From: Candidatus Nomurabacteria bacterium
GTDB lineage: Bacteria; Patescibacteriota; Minisyncoccia; Phycocordibacterales; UBA5272
Reading direction: 5' to 3'
Assembly: GCA_943354975.1 (NCBI GenBank)
Contig: CALRDS010000001.1
Location: 1 to 61,373 of the forward strand
DNA length: 61,373 nt
Position numbers and translations under genes: made by a program. Below the pieces are notes generated by a model. It did not search any database, was not told the DNA's origin, and worked only from the letters and a program-made list of their open reading frames with translations. Shown one piece after another: positions 1 to 8,621 of the stretch (the first letter of the stretch is position 1; each line of letters starts with the position of its first letter).

Positions 1-216
1 GACCTAGGTCGCACATTTGTAAACTACATAGCTCAAACAGGTGAATACCCAAAAAAACTTTTAGAAGGATATGGTGATGGAGAAGAAATAGATGAAAAAG
101 CATTACATGCAGCAATTTTCATAAATATTGTTTATAAAATTCCATATCAACACCAAAAAGGTAGGGTGAAAGTTGTTGAGAATTTCCAGAATTATTTGTT
201 TCAATCTCAGGTCTAA
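1..216 (+). CDS. 3' end of a CDS cut by the window edge, possibly an aminoglycoside phosphotransferase/kinase-like C-terminus
   Basis: Open frame 1-216 (DLGRTFVNYIAQTGEYPKKLLEGYG...QSQV*); the DLG...LLEGY pattern resembles APH-family C-lobes. Confidence 0.45.
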   Translation, partial: DLGRTFVNYIAQTGEYPKKLLEGYGDGEEIDEKALHAAIFINIVYKIPYQHQKGRVKVVENFQNYLFQSQV

Positions 217-415
217 TCCCGTACTAGAAGGGTAGTGCTAAAAACATAGTCGTTGGTTTTTTGTTTGAAGGTAAATCACGACAGTACACCGTCAAAACTT
301 TACTCAAGATGTCAGCGTACTACATAGCATTCTTGCTATTAATTTTACATATCTAGTTCTGAAACCTGTTAAGGGTATCAAAAATAACTATTATAAAATA
401 TAGCTCCAAAAGTTG

Positions 416-486
416 CTGGGGTACAAGGACTCGAACCTCGATACTCAGGACCAAAACCTGATGTCCTACCATTAGACGATACCCCA
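416..486 (-). tRNA. tRNA-Gln(TTG)
   Basis: Reverse complement TGGGGTATCGTCTAATGGTAGGACATCAGGTTTTGGTCCTGAGTATCGAGGTTCGAGTCCTTGTACCCCAG folds as a cloverleaf; anticodon TTG, GTTCGA T-loop, no encoded CCA. Confidence 0.97.
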
Positions 487-521
487 ATAATATTTTATTT
501 TTTAACTACTCATTATTTATT

Positions 522-598
522 GTCCTGAGCTCAGGACCTCTATATTTATCGCTCCGTAAACTCCGCTAGCTGATGCCCTACCATTAGACGATACCCAA
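522..598 (-). pseudogene. Partial tRNA-Gln copy (5' end through anticodon arm) with a ~31-nt replacement of the anticodon loop, ending in a 16-bp palindrome
   Basis: 570-598 matches the tRNA 5' part with 2 mismatches; ctcaggacc (530-538) matches the 3' anticodon strand; gtcctgagctcaggac at 522-537. Confidence 0.8.
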
Positions 599-884
599 GT
601 AAACTAGTTATTAGTTAAATTTCAAATAACTATAAATAAAGGCTAGACAAACACAAGAATAGCATTTTTAATATGTTTTTACCATCCTAAATATTAAGCT
701 AATTCTTGTGTAAGAAATTAAAACTACAATGATATTTCAGATTTGTCGAATTTTCTCCTATGAAAAATAGTAGGAATATTTTTCTCCACATTCTCCACAT
801 GACACCACAGAAAGATTGCTTGCACGATGCGAAGTTATGCGGGTATAATCATATGAAGCTTATAAGACATTTAAATAAAATTGC

Positions 885-1136
885 ATGAAAAATCCTGGAA
901 GTTCAAGGGGTCACGTTTTTAAAATAGAAAAGACAACAACAGATGATGATGCCTACAGTGTTCGTGTCCCAGGACTTTCAGAAAAATTAACTACGCTAGA
1001 GATATTTGCTAAAAAGACATATGCTAGATTAAGCGAAAAATGTAGAACTGCAGAAGATAGAAATGTAACTGTAGCAGCAACGTTAGTAACAAATTTGACC
1101 CTTCGTGCAGCAGAATTTGACCCTTCAGTTTCATAA
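885..1136 (+). CDS. Hypothetical protein (83 aa)
   Basis: ORF; upstream TTGCAC...TATAAT promoter-like sequence at 820-849. Confidence 0.5.
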   Translation: MKNPGSSRGHVFKIEKTTTDDDAYSVRVPGLSEKLTTLEIFAKKTYARLSEKCRTAEDRNVTVAATLVTNLTLRAAEFDPSVS

Positions 1137-1229
1137 ACATAAATTCGCAATAGGTTAATAACCTAGTTTGACAATTTGCTATTTCCATGAGAGAGTGAGG
1201 TTAGAAATACCCAGTATTTTCAAGGATTT

Positions 1230-1520
1230 ATGGCAATAATTAAGGATTTAAAAGAAATATTAGAAAATTCCAACCTAACTTCTGAAGAAGTTAGGGCCTT
1301 TGAATCTGGGTTGTCACTACTAACGAGAACTGAACAGGAAACATTCACATCCATTATCGAAAAAGACCCTGAACTAATTTATCCACTTTATATAAATTTT
1401 AAGGCGAAACTACGTGCAGCACGTGGTACAAAAGAAGATTGGGAACGTGCCATTGAGACAGAGGTTATACAGCTCGAGGACTACATCACAAAAAGAAAAT
1501 TTGGAAATGAAATAAAGTAG
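1230..1520 (+). CDS. Hypothetical helical protein (96 aa)
   Basis: ORF with host-like composition. Confidence 0.75.
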   Translation: MAIIKDLKEILENSNLTSEEVRAFESGLSLLTRTEQETFTSIIEKDPELIYPLYINFKAKLRAARGTKEDWERAIETEVIQLEDYITKRKFGNEIK

Positions 1521-1550
1521 TCAAATTGTTACATGTTATAATTATGTAAC

Positions 1551-2090
1551 ATGAAAGCACTTGTTTCTAATCTAACGCTTATAGTTGCCAGAAAAGATAG
1601 TCGCCTGATAATAATTGTCTCTACTTTAGTTTTTCTCTTTTTGTTATTGCTTGTACAAAATGGCTCTCAAGCTCTTCAAGCACTTTCTTTTACAGTTATC
1701 CCTGAACTAGAGAGATGGAAACTGGCTCTTTCTACTTTATTTGATATATCTAATACCTTCACAGCTGGAACCCTTATCTTGGCGGTACTAGGATCATTTT
1801 TAGGTGGAATAAATATCTCACTTGCTTACACATATATGCGCATACGTGGCGAAATTATCGCCAAGAGCGGGCTCTATAGTGGAGTAGGGCTCTTCTTAGC
1901 TTTTATAGGAATAGGATGCGCTGCATGCGGTACAGCACTTCTTAGTGTTATATTGGGATTCTTTGGATTTTCTGCGATGTTAAATGTTTTACCTTATCAA
2001 GGAGAGGAGCTCGGTTATATTGGTATTATATTTTTATGTATAGCCACCTATACTCTTTCTCAAAAAGTTTCAGCTCCAGCTGTGTGTTAA
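1551..2090 (+). CDS. Multi-pass membrane protein with GCxxC motif
   Basis: About 4 hydrophobic segments, GIGCAACG; TATAAT just upstream. Confidence 0.8.
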   Translation: MKALVSNLTLIVARKDSRLIIIVSTLVFLFLLLLVQNGSQALQALSFTVIPELERWKLALSTLFDISNTFTAGTLILAVLGSFLGGINISLAYTYMRIRGEIIAKSGLYSGVGLFLAFIGIGCAACGTALLSVILGFFGFSAMLNVLPYQGEELGYIGIIFLCIATYTLSQKVSAPAVC

Positions 2091-2106
2091 ACTTTCTTTA
2101 ATAATT

Positions 2107-2670
2107 ATGTCTTCACAAACGAAGAAACTACTAATATCAACAATAACTATATTAGTATTGGCGATTTCATATCAAGGAAGAGAATGGAATCTCTACGGAA
2201 CAGACCTTACAACAGAAAATACTAATAATATAGGAACTTTTTATAAAGTGACCAAAGTGGTTGACGGCGATACTCTGCATATAGATGTAAACGGTGTAGA
2301 CGAAAAAGTTCGTTTGATTGGAATAAATACTCCAGAAACTGTAGACCCTCGTACCTCAGTACAATGTTTTGGAAAAGAGGCGAGTAATCGCATGAAAGAT
2401 TTAGCAAGTGGAAAGCTTGTACGTATAGAATATGATGAATCTCAAAATGTACGTGATGTTTACAATAGACTTTTAGCATATTTGTACTTAGAAGATGGCC
2501 AAATGCTTAATCGCAAAATGATAGCTGATGGTTATGCTTATGAATATACCTATTTAACTCCATATAAATATCAAAAAGAATTCCGTGATATTCAAAACAT
2601 CGCTAGAACTTCCGGTAGGGGGCTATGGTCGGAAAATACTTGCTCTGGCAGTAAAACACTACAAAGATAA
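2107..2670 (+). CDS. Thermonuclease (SNase-like), membrane-anchored
   Basis: VVDGDT, VRLIGINTPE, D.YNRLLAY and GRGLW motifs; N-terminal hydrophobic anchor. Confidence 0.95.
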   Translation: MSSQTKKLLISTITILVLAISYQGREWNLYGTDLTTENTNNIGTFYKVTKVVDGDTLHIDVNGVDEKVRLIGINTPETVDPRTSVQCFGKEASNRMKDLASGKLVRIEYDESQNVRDVYNRLLAYLYLEDGQMLNRKMIADGYAYEYTYLTPYKYQKEFRDIQNIARTSGRGLWSENTCSGSKTLQR

Positions 2671-2672
2671 TT

Positions 2673-3278
2673 ATGGAAACCATTCGCGAACTTTTGGGTT
2701 TACTTTTTAAATTAGCAATCGCGATGATATTCATCGCTTTTGTGTGGTGGATAGTCACACTACTTTACCCATCACTTAGTCTACGAGGTTACTTGTCTAA
2801 AACAGAAGGTGGAACAGACTGGCTTCTGGCACCGAGAAATGTTGGCCTACTTTCTTCTTTGATGACAGCACCCAACGAAACCACAAACCTTTATGTTCCT
2901 GGACCAGCATATGATGGTTATGGACTAAATACCAAAGCAAATCTCGTTGAGTATAATCAGACGATCGCACAACCTACTGTTATTCGTAATCTTTCAATAT
3001 TTGAAGGTGGACACATATACACAGGAATATCATTTAGCGGAGAAGCCAAGGAGACAATATTTAGAGACGGTAAATTTCCGATTTTAATAGTCGATAATAA
3101 TGGAAGAATCGCTGGAGTATCCTATGCGGAACAAATAAATATGTGGGCGACCCCAGGTTGGGCTCGTTTCCAAGTTAAAGTACAAAGTGTTCTACCAAAT
3201 AGAGTTCAATGTAGTATGATTTTCCAATCAGCAAATCAACAACAAGTAAAATATATTATTCCCATAACTTGTAATTAA
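2673..3278 (+). CDS. Membrane-anchored hypothetical protein, C-terminal beta-rich (Ig-like) domain
   Basis: N-terminal TM segment; beta-rich C-terminus. Confidence 0.7.
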   Translation: METIRELLGLLFKLAIAMIFIAFVWWIVTLLYPSLSLRGYLSKTEGGTDWLLAPRNVGLLSSLMTAPNETTNLYVPGPAYDGYGLNTKANLVEYNQTIAQPTVIRNLSIFEGGHIYTGISFSGEAKETIFRDGKFPILIVDNNGRIAGVSYAEQINMWATPGWARFQVKVQSVLPNRVQCSMIFQSANQQQVKYIIPITCN

Positions 3279-3300
3279 AAAAGATAACTAAATTAGTCAA

Positions 3301-3348
3301 AATAAAAAACCGGTGCCCCTACCCCTTGAAATTCAGGGCACACCGGTT
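3301..3348 (-). terminator. Intrinsic terminator of cassette ORF 3348-3611
   Basis: aaccggtg...caccggtt stem; U-tract on the minus strand. Confidence 0.75.
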
Positions 3349-3611
3349 CAATCTTCGCCCGCCGCGGCATCCTTGAGACTCCTTGAAACTGGCTTGGCGG
3401 TTTCAGACAATGGGGGTAACGTTCCGCCACTCAAAATGATGCGAACACTTTTGATTATTGCGTGTTTCGCGCTGTCATGTCTTTCTACCAACCCAACCAT
3501 TGTTGGACACCCAACAAGATCTTCCAGTTTATTCAAGAATGGAATCCCTATCAGGTTTTCTAGAACTCCCGCTGGGTCATCTGCGAAAAGATCAGCTTCA
3601 GATTCAGACAT
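3348..3611 (-). CDS. Orphan cassette protein (87 aa)
   Basis: GGAG SD 7 nt before ATG; own promoter and terminator; GC-richer than flanks. Confidence 0.7.
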   Translation of the reverse strand: MSESEADLFADDPAGVLENLIGIPFLNKLEDLVGCPTMVGLVERHDSAKHAIIKSVRIILSGGTLPPLSETAKPVSRSLKDAAAGED

Positions 3612-3641
3612 GGTGTTTCTCCACGCTTAATGATTTATATA

Positions 3642-3670
3642 ACTATACAACTATTGCTGATACAAGTCAA
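3642..3670 (-). promoter_or_regulatory. sigma70 promoter TTGACT-17-TATAGT
   Basis: Near-consensus boxes, 17-bp spacer. Confidence 0.75.
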
Positions 3671-3678
3671 TATTATTA

Positions 3679-4125
3679 CTAGGTAGTAAGTCTGTCAATA
3701 ACTGCTTTTACTACTGCTCCATCTGCTGTATCTCCTAACTCTTTCATCATCATTCCAATAAATTGTCCTTTCTTTGTAGGGTCAAGTGGGGACTCCGCCA
3801 ACTTTGCTTTTACCTTTGCCTCGATATCTGCTTCAGACATTTGTGTTGGAAGAAATGCTTCTATAACAGCGAGCTCGTTTTTCTCATCTTCGGCGAGTTC
3901 TGGTCGTCCAGCTGCAGTATATTGTTCCATAGAATCTTTTCTTTGTTTTGCTAAACGCTTAATAACCTTCATACAATCTTCATCAGACAATGGTTCTTGT
4001 GGAGGTCGTCCTTGTGCGACTAGTTCATTTGTAAACGCAGCTGAAAGCATACGTAATGCTCCTACACGCACTCCATCACGTGCAAGCATCGCTGTTTTAA
4101 TTTCCGACTTTATTTTTTCTTGCAT
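3679..4125 (-). CDS. yqeY: GatB/YqeY domain protein
   Basis: K.AMLARD...LRML, KQRKDS.EQY..AGR.ELA..E..E...LP motifs. Confidence 0.92.
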   Translation of the reverse strand: MQEKIKSEIKTAMLARDGVRVGALRMLSAAFTNELVAQGRPPQEPLSDEDCMKVIKRLAKQRKDSMEQYTAAGRPELAEDEKNELAVIEAFLPTQMSEADIEAKVKAKLAESPLDPTKKGQFIGMMMKELGDTADGAVVKAVIDRLTT

Positions 4126-4168
4126 AGTTCTCTAATTTTAACATATTTTTTTATGCTAAACTAGGCAT

Positions 4169-5218
4169 ATGTCAGCTAGTTTTATCTACATTTTTGGGGT
4201 TATAATCTTTGGACTTTTGGTTATAATACTTATCCGTCAGAAAAATGTAGGGAAACGCGACGAAGACCAATCATTTCTCATTCTCCAAGACCAATTGGAA
4301 AAATTGAGAAACACTGTAGAAAATAAACTCGAGCGTTCACAGTCAGAACTACACCAAGTACTGGCTCGTCACAATTCAGAATCAAATAGAATCATCACGG
4401 AAATCACTCGTGAATTAACTGAAGTAAAAGAGGGGAATAAGCAGGTTTTTTCTATGACTGAACAATTGCAAAACTTAGAAAAAGTTCTGACTCACCAAAA
4501 GCAACGTGGAAACTTAGGCGAGGCATCTCTTGAGCTCATCTTATCTAACATGCTTTCACCCGGACAATATGAAATGCAATATCGATTTAAAGATGACAAA
4601 ATAGTTGACGCTGTAATTCATACAAAAGAAGGAATTATTCCAATCGATGCAAAATATTCACTAGATAATTACCAACGCCTAATGAATGCGACAGACGCAG
4701 AAGATACAGCGTACTACGAAACTGAATTCAAAAAAGATATTCAAAAAAGAATAGACGAGACTTCTAAGTATATTAAACCAGAGGAGGGGACACTCCCTTT
4801 TGCTTTTATGTTTATACCTGCTGAAGGTATTTATTATGATTTATTAATTAATAAGGTCTCTTCGGGAGCAGTGAATACTCAAAATCTAATCGAATACGCC
4901 TACAATAAGCGTAAAGTTATAATCGTTTCTCCAACGACATTTTACGCATATTTACAATCTGTATTATTTGGATTCAAAGCGTTCAAAATAGAGGAAAGTG
5001 CACAACAAATTCAGAAAAAAGTAGAAGACCTAGGACGTCATATCAGTGCTTATGAAAGTTACTTCAAAAAACTTGGGAATACACTTGGGACAACTGTAAA
5101 CCATTACAATGATGCTTATAAAGAATTAAATAAAATTGACAAAGATGTTTTGAAAATAACCGGGGAAAGTGCGGGAATAGAAACTCTCATTTTAGATAAA
5201 CCAAGTAACGACGACTAA
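4169..5218 (+). CDS. rmuC: DNA recombination protein RmuC
   Basis: TM plus coiled coil; KQRGNLGE, PIDAKYS, FAFMFIPAEGIY, VSPTT. Confidence 0.95.
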   Translation: MSASFIYIFGVIIFGLLVIILIRQKNVGKRDEDQSFLILQDQLEKLRNTVENKLERSQSELHQVLARHNSESNRIITEITRELTEVKEGNKQVFSMTEQLQNLEKVLTHQKQRGNLGEASLELILSNMLSPGQYEMQYRFKDDKIVDAVIHTKEGIIPIDAKYSLDNYQRLMNATDAEDTAYYETEFKKDIQKRIDETSKYIKPEEGTLPFAFMFIPAEGIYYDLLINKVSSGAVNTQNLIEYAYNKRKVIIVSPTTFYAYLQSVLFGFKAFKIEESAQQIQKKVEDLGRHISAYESYFKKLGNTLGTTVNHYNDAYKELNKIDKDVLKITGESAGIETLILDKPSNDD

Positions 5219-5243
5219 AAAATAAAACTCCGCCGTAGCGGAG
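5217..5243. terminator. Terminator hairpin between rmuC and the convergent cassette ORF
   Basis: ctccgc-cgta-gcggag with adjacent A-tract. Confidence 0.7.
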
Positions 5244-5246
5244 CCT

Positions 5247-5591
5247 TCAAGCTTTCTCCTTTCGTTCTTTTTGACCTCTGTTGATTTTGTCCAGTCTTTG
5301 CTGTCTTTCTTCAGCCAGTGTTCGCAAATACGCGCGCCGAGCTATTTCTAATTCATCAACTTTCTTGGCTTTCTTTGTTTCCCTAGCTTCCTCGGTTTCT
5401 TTTTGTCTTTGGTCGTAGATCCATTTTTTCTCTCGAATCCAATCCTCGGCTATAGATTGTTTTCTAAATCTTTCTACCGCCATTTTGTGTTCACTACGTG
5501 GAATTAGGCTTTTGGCAATTAGGAACAGTGCGAAGGCAATAATGAGAGTTACCGCCACCAACTCCAGCTCCTCTATAATGAAATTAATCAA
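5247..5591 (-). CDS. Orphan cassette protein, TM plus charged coiled coil (~114 aa; TTG start 5591 preferred over 5753)
   Basis: GGGAG SD before in-frame TTG; promoter TTGCCT-17-TATGAT at 5623-5651. Confidence 0.7.
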   Translation of the reverse strand: MINFIIEELELVAVTLIIAFALFLIAKSLIPRSEHKMAVERFRKQSIAEDWIREKKWIYDQRQKETEEARETKKAKKVDELEIARRAYLRTLAEERQQRLDKINRGQKERKEKA

Positions 5592-5673
5592 TTTATTCTC
5601 CCTTTTCGTACAATCAAGAGATATCATACACGACCTTGCATAATAAGGCAAAATACGGTATAATTTCCCAACT

Positions 5674-5991
5674 ATGTCATTTGCTGTAATCCAAACGGGG
5701 GGTAAACAATACCGCGTCTCAACAGGAGACGAAATCGCAGTTGAGAAAATCAAGGGTGATTATAAAGTTGGAGACAAGGTCACAATCGACTCTGTTGTAT
5801 TAAAAGATGACGGAAAAGATACTACACTAGGTGCACCTTTTATATCTGGTTCTAAAGTAGAAGCTACTATTACAGAAAATGGAAAGCTAGATAAGGTCAT
5901 GGTGGTACGCTACAGGGCAAAAAGTCGTTATCACAAGCGAAATGGTCACCGACAGCCGTATATGACGCTAAAGATAGATTCGATCAACTAA
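5674..5991 (+). CDS. rplU: 50S ribosomal protein L21
   Basis: AVIQTGGKQYRV...GHRQPY. Confidence 0.98.
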   Translation: MSFAVIQTGGKQYRVSTGDEIAVEKIKGDYKVGDKVTIDSVVLKDDGKDTTLGAPFISGSKVEATITENGKLDKVMVVRYRAKSRYHKRNGHRQPYMTLKIDSIN

Positions 5992-5996
5992 AGACA

Positions 5997-6021
5997 AAAT
6001 ACTCCCCTCCGGGAGTATTTT
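5997..6021. terminator. Bidirectional terminator rplU/recR
   Basis: aaatactccc-ctcc-gggagtattt. Confidence 0.8.
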
Positions 6022-6024
6022 AGT

Positions 6025-6651
6025 TTACCCTCTATGCTCCAACGCACTTTTAAAAGTATCCCTGTCTACGTACTCGAGCTCAAGGCCAGAAGAAAGCCCA
6101 CGTGCTAAGTTCGAAAGTGTAACTTTTTCTATCCCTACTATTTGTTTAATAGTTTTTTCAACATATTCTTTTGTAGTATCTCCATAATCCGTAACTGGAA
6201 GTGCAAAAATTACTTCTATTAATTTTTCTTCTTCTAGCGCCTTATGAATACGTCCTGTTAATTCTCTTATACGAATGAGTTCAGATGGTTTTTCAGTAAG
6301 TGGCGGAACTAGTCCTCCTAAAATAAAATATAATCCATCGTACGATCCAGTTTTTTCTACTGCATCCACGTCCAATTCTTTTTCTACAATCATAAACACT
6401 GAAACATCTCGTGATTCTGAGTCACAAATATCACACAATAATTTTTTGTTATTCTGACTTTTATCACCAAAGAATCTGAAGCACATATCGCATTGCTTAC
6501 CAGTAAACTTTAATTCTTCAAGTGCTTTAATGAGTTGTTCTTTATAGTGAGAATGTTCACGTAATAGAAAATATACAAAACGTCGTGCCTGTTTCGGCCC
6601 GATACCAGGGAATCGCATAAAGAGTTCGGTAAGTCTGTCTGTAGCATTCAT
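6025..6651 (-). CDS. recR: Recombination mediator RecR
   Basis: FPGIGPKQARR HhH, C4 zinc finger, TOPRIM, ELEYVD. Confidence 0.95.
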   Translation of the reverse strand: MNATDRLTELFMRFPGIGPKQARRFVYFLLREHSHYKEQLIKALEELKFTGKQCDMCFRFFGDKSQNNKKLLCDICDSESRDVSVFMIVEKELDVDAVEKTGSYDGLYFILGGLVPPLTEKPSELIRIRELTGRIHKALEEEKLIEVIFALPVTDYGDTTKEYVEKTIKQIVGIEKVTLSNLARGLSSGLELEYVDRDTFKSALEHRG

Positions 6652-6697
6652 ATAGTCAAATTAGTATAACAAATGTAAATAGCATCTATTTGAGTTA

Positions 6698-6956
6698 TAA
6701 ATAAATAAGAGGCGACATTGCTGCCGCCCCTAGGTGACTGGAAATTTACCGTAGAAAAGGCAGATATAGCATGCCATTCCCGCGAGCTTCCACTGTATTA
6801 GAGTCGCCAGGCCGGAGTCGTAAATTCCGGGCACTTGAGGGGTGTTATTCCCACGGGCGTTACGGAAGCCTGCTTATTTTATTTGCGCCAATTTTCGGCC
6901 TTGTAACGGTATTATCCAAACAATAATATAATAACATCTATATATGAATCCGTCAA
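6698..6956 (-). other. Promoter-terminator unit with no intact ORF (decayed cassette or ~215-nt sRNA)
   Basis: TTGACG-17-TATTAT at 6928-6956; GC stem 6711-6728 plus U-rich tail; frame 6891-6730 has a TAA at codon 6. Confidence 0.55.
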
Positions 6957-6960
6957 ATAT

Positions 6961-8394
6961 CTAAAACTCCGGAGTACTCATTGAAGGCATAACAAAATCT
7001 CCAAATTCACTTTTTTCAACTGGAAGAAATGATGTCTTCTTGTCATCAAAGAAGAGTTCTACTATTCCTGTCGGTCCATTTCTATGTTTTTCAATTAATA
7101 TCTGTACAATATTTTTCTTTTCAGAATCATCATTATATTTATCCTCGCGGTGTATAAACATGACCACATCCGCATCTTGTTCAATAGAGCCAGAATCTCG
7201 AAGGTCAGATAATCGTGGACGTCCACCACGTGACTCAACTGCACGGGAAAGTTGAGAGAGCGCAATAACAGGAGCATTAAATTCTTTTGCCAATGCTTTT
7301 AGTGAGCGAGAAATTTCTGTGACCTGGTTTACCATACTGTCATAATCTTTTGATGTACTCATGAGCTGAAGATAGTCCACTATGATTAGCCCAATCGGTT
7401 TATCACTATTAAGTCTTCTTAAAACACTTCTCATATTTAAAATAGAATTCGCCGCTTTATCATCAATATAAAGTGGAGCCTTCATGAGCTCATGCATTCC
7501 AGTTTGAAGACGAGCAAATTCATCGTCCAGTGTAAGACGTGACGTACGTAGCTTCCAGCCGTCCACCTGAGACTGAGCAGACAACATTCTATCTACCAAT
7601 TGTTCTTTACTCATTTCAAGAGAAAATATTGCAGTAGGGACGCCGAACTTCACCGCGGCATTACGAGCAAAATCAAGCGCTAAAGATGTTTTACCAACTG
7701 ATGGGCGTGCTGCGAGAATGATTAAATCTGATTTTTGGAAACCAGAAAGTTTATTGTCCAAATCTTTATACCCAGATGGCACACCGCGCAATTCTCCAGT
7801 ATTTTCTGAAAGCTTTTCAATTCTAGTCCATGTTTCTTCTATTAATTCTTTGAAAGCAATAAGACGGTGTGATGAATTTCCTTTGGTTGTAATTTCATAA
7901 ACTCTCTTTTCTGCTTCTTCTAGAATAGATTCTAATGGCTCAGATTCATCATATGATATTTCTGCTATATGATTACTAGCTTCGATTAATCTGCGTAACA
8001 ACTCTTTCTTACGAACAATGTTCGCATAATATTTTATATTCGCAGCTGATCCAACCAAGCCAAGAAGTTCAGAAAGGTACGGAGCTCCTCCTATTTGGTC
8101 AAATTCTTTTCTTTCTTTTAATCTGGCCGAAACAGTAAGCACATCTACTGGATCTTTTCTATTTACTAAATCTTCAATCACTTCAAAAATTACTTGATGT
8201 TTCGCTGCATAAAAACTATGAGTATTCACAATATCTGAAATTTCAAAAAGCATTTCAGAAGAAAGTAGTAACGAACCGAGTAACGCTTTTTCTGATTCTA
8301 AATCTTGTGGTGGAATACGTGGTCCACGAAGTGGATCTTCAAGTACGGGGCTACGGCGTCGCTTGTCATTTGAGAATTTTTCTTGTATTGCCAT
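6961..8394 (-). CDS. dnaB: Replicative DNA helicase DnaB
   Basis: AARPSVGKT, IIVDYLQL, LSQLSRAVE, DLRDSGSIEQDAD, KHRNGP. Confidence 0.99.
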   Translation of the reverse strand: MAIQEKFSNDKRRRSPVLEDPLRGPRIPPQDLESEKALLGSLLLSSEMLFEISDIVNTHSFYAAKHQVIFEVIEDLVNRKDPVDVLTVSARLKERKEFDQIGGAPYLSELLGLVGSAANIKYYANIVRKKELLRRLIEASNHIAEISYDESEPLESILEEAEKRVYEITTKGNSSHRLIAFKELIEETWTRIEKLSENTGELRGVPSGYKDLDNKLSGFQKSDLIILAARPSVGKTSLALDFARNAAVKFGVPTAIFSLEMSKEQLVDRMLSAQSQVDGWKLRTSRLTLDDEFARLQTGMHELMKAPLYIDDKAANSILNMRSVLRRLNSDKPIGLIIVDYLQLMSTSKDYDSMVNQVTEISRSLKALAKEFNAPVIALSQLSRAVESRGGRPRLSDLRDSGSIEQDADVVMFIHREDKYNDDSEKKNIVQILIEKHRNGPTGIVELFFDDKKTSFLPVEKSEFGDFVMPSMSTPEF

Positions 8395-8520
8395 ACGCCT
8401 AATTGTACATGGCAGGGATAGGGTTGCACAAAAGAAATAACTGTTGTGGATAGGGGATTAGGGGGATAGTGGTAAATAACTTCTAACTTCTAATTTTTAA
8501 TGTCTAAATTTAAAGATAAT

Positions 8521-8621
8521 TTGCAAAAATCAGTAAAGTTCTATAGAATAAATACTGAACTTACGAGAGCACTTTCTATGTGCGATCGGGGAGGAGGGCT
8601 ACCCGTAAGTCCCTCCTTTTT
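8521..8621 (+). ncRNA. Candidate ~65-nt small RNA with own promoter and terminator
   Basis: TTGCAA-17-TAGAAT (8521-8549); hairpin gcac/gtgc; terminator aggaggg/ccctcct plus T-run; no ORF. Confidence 0.45.

Noticed and set aside
217..400. Possible gene remnant between the first ORF and tRNA-Gln
   Set aside because: Short open stretches on both strands but no start signal or recognisable motif.
3313..3682. Plus-strand ORFs 3313-3630 and 3458-3682
   Set aside because: Promoter, SD and terminator all support the minus-strand ORF 3348-3611.
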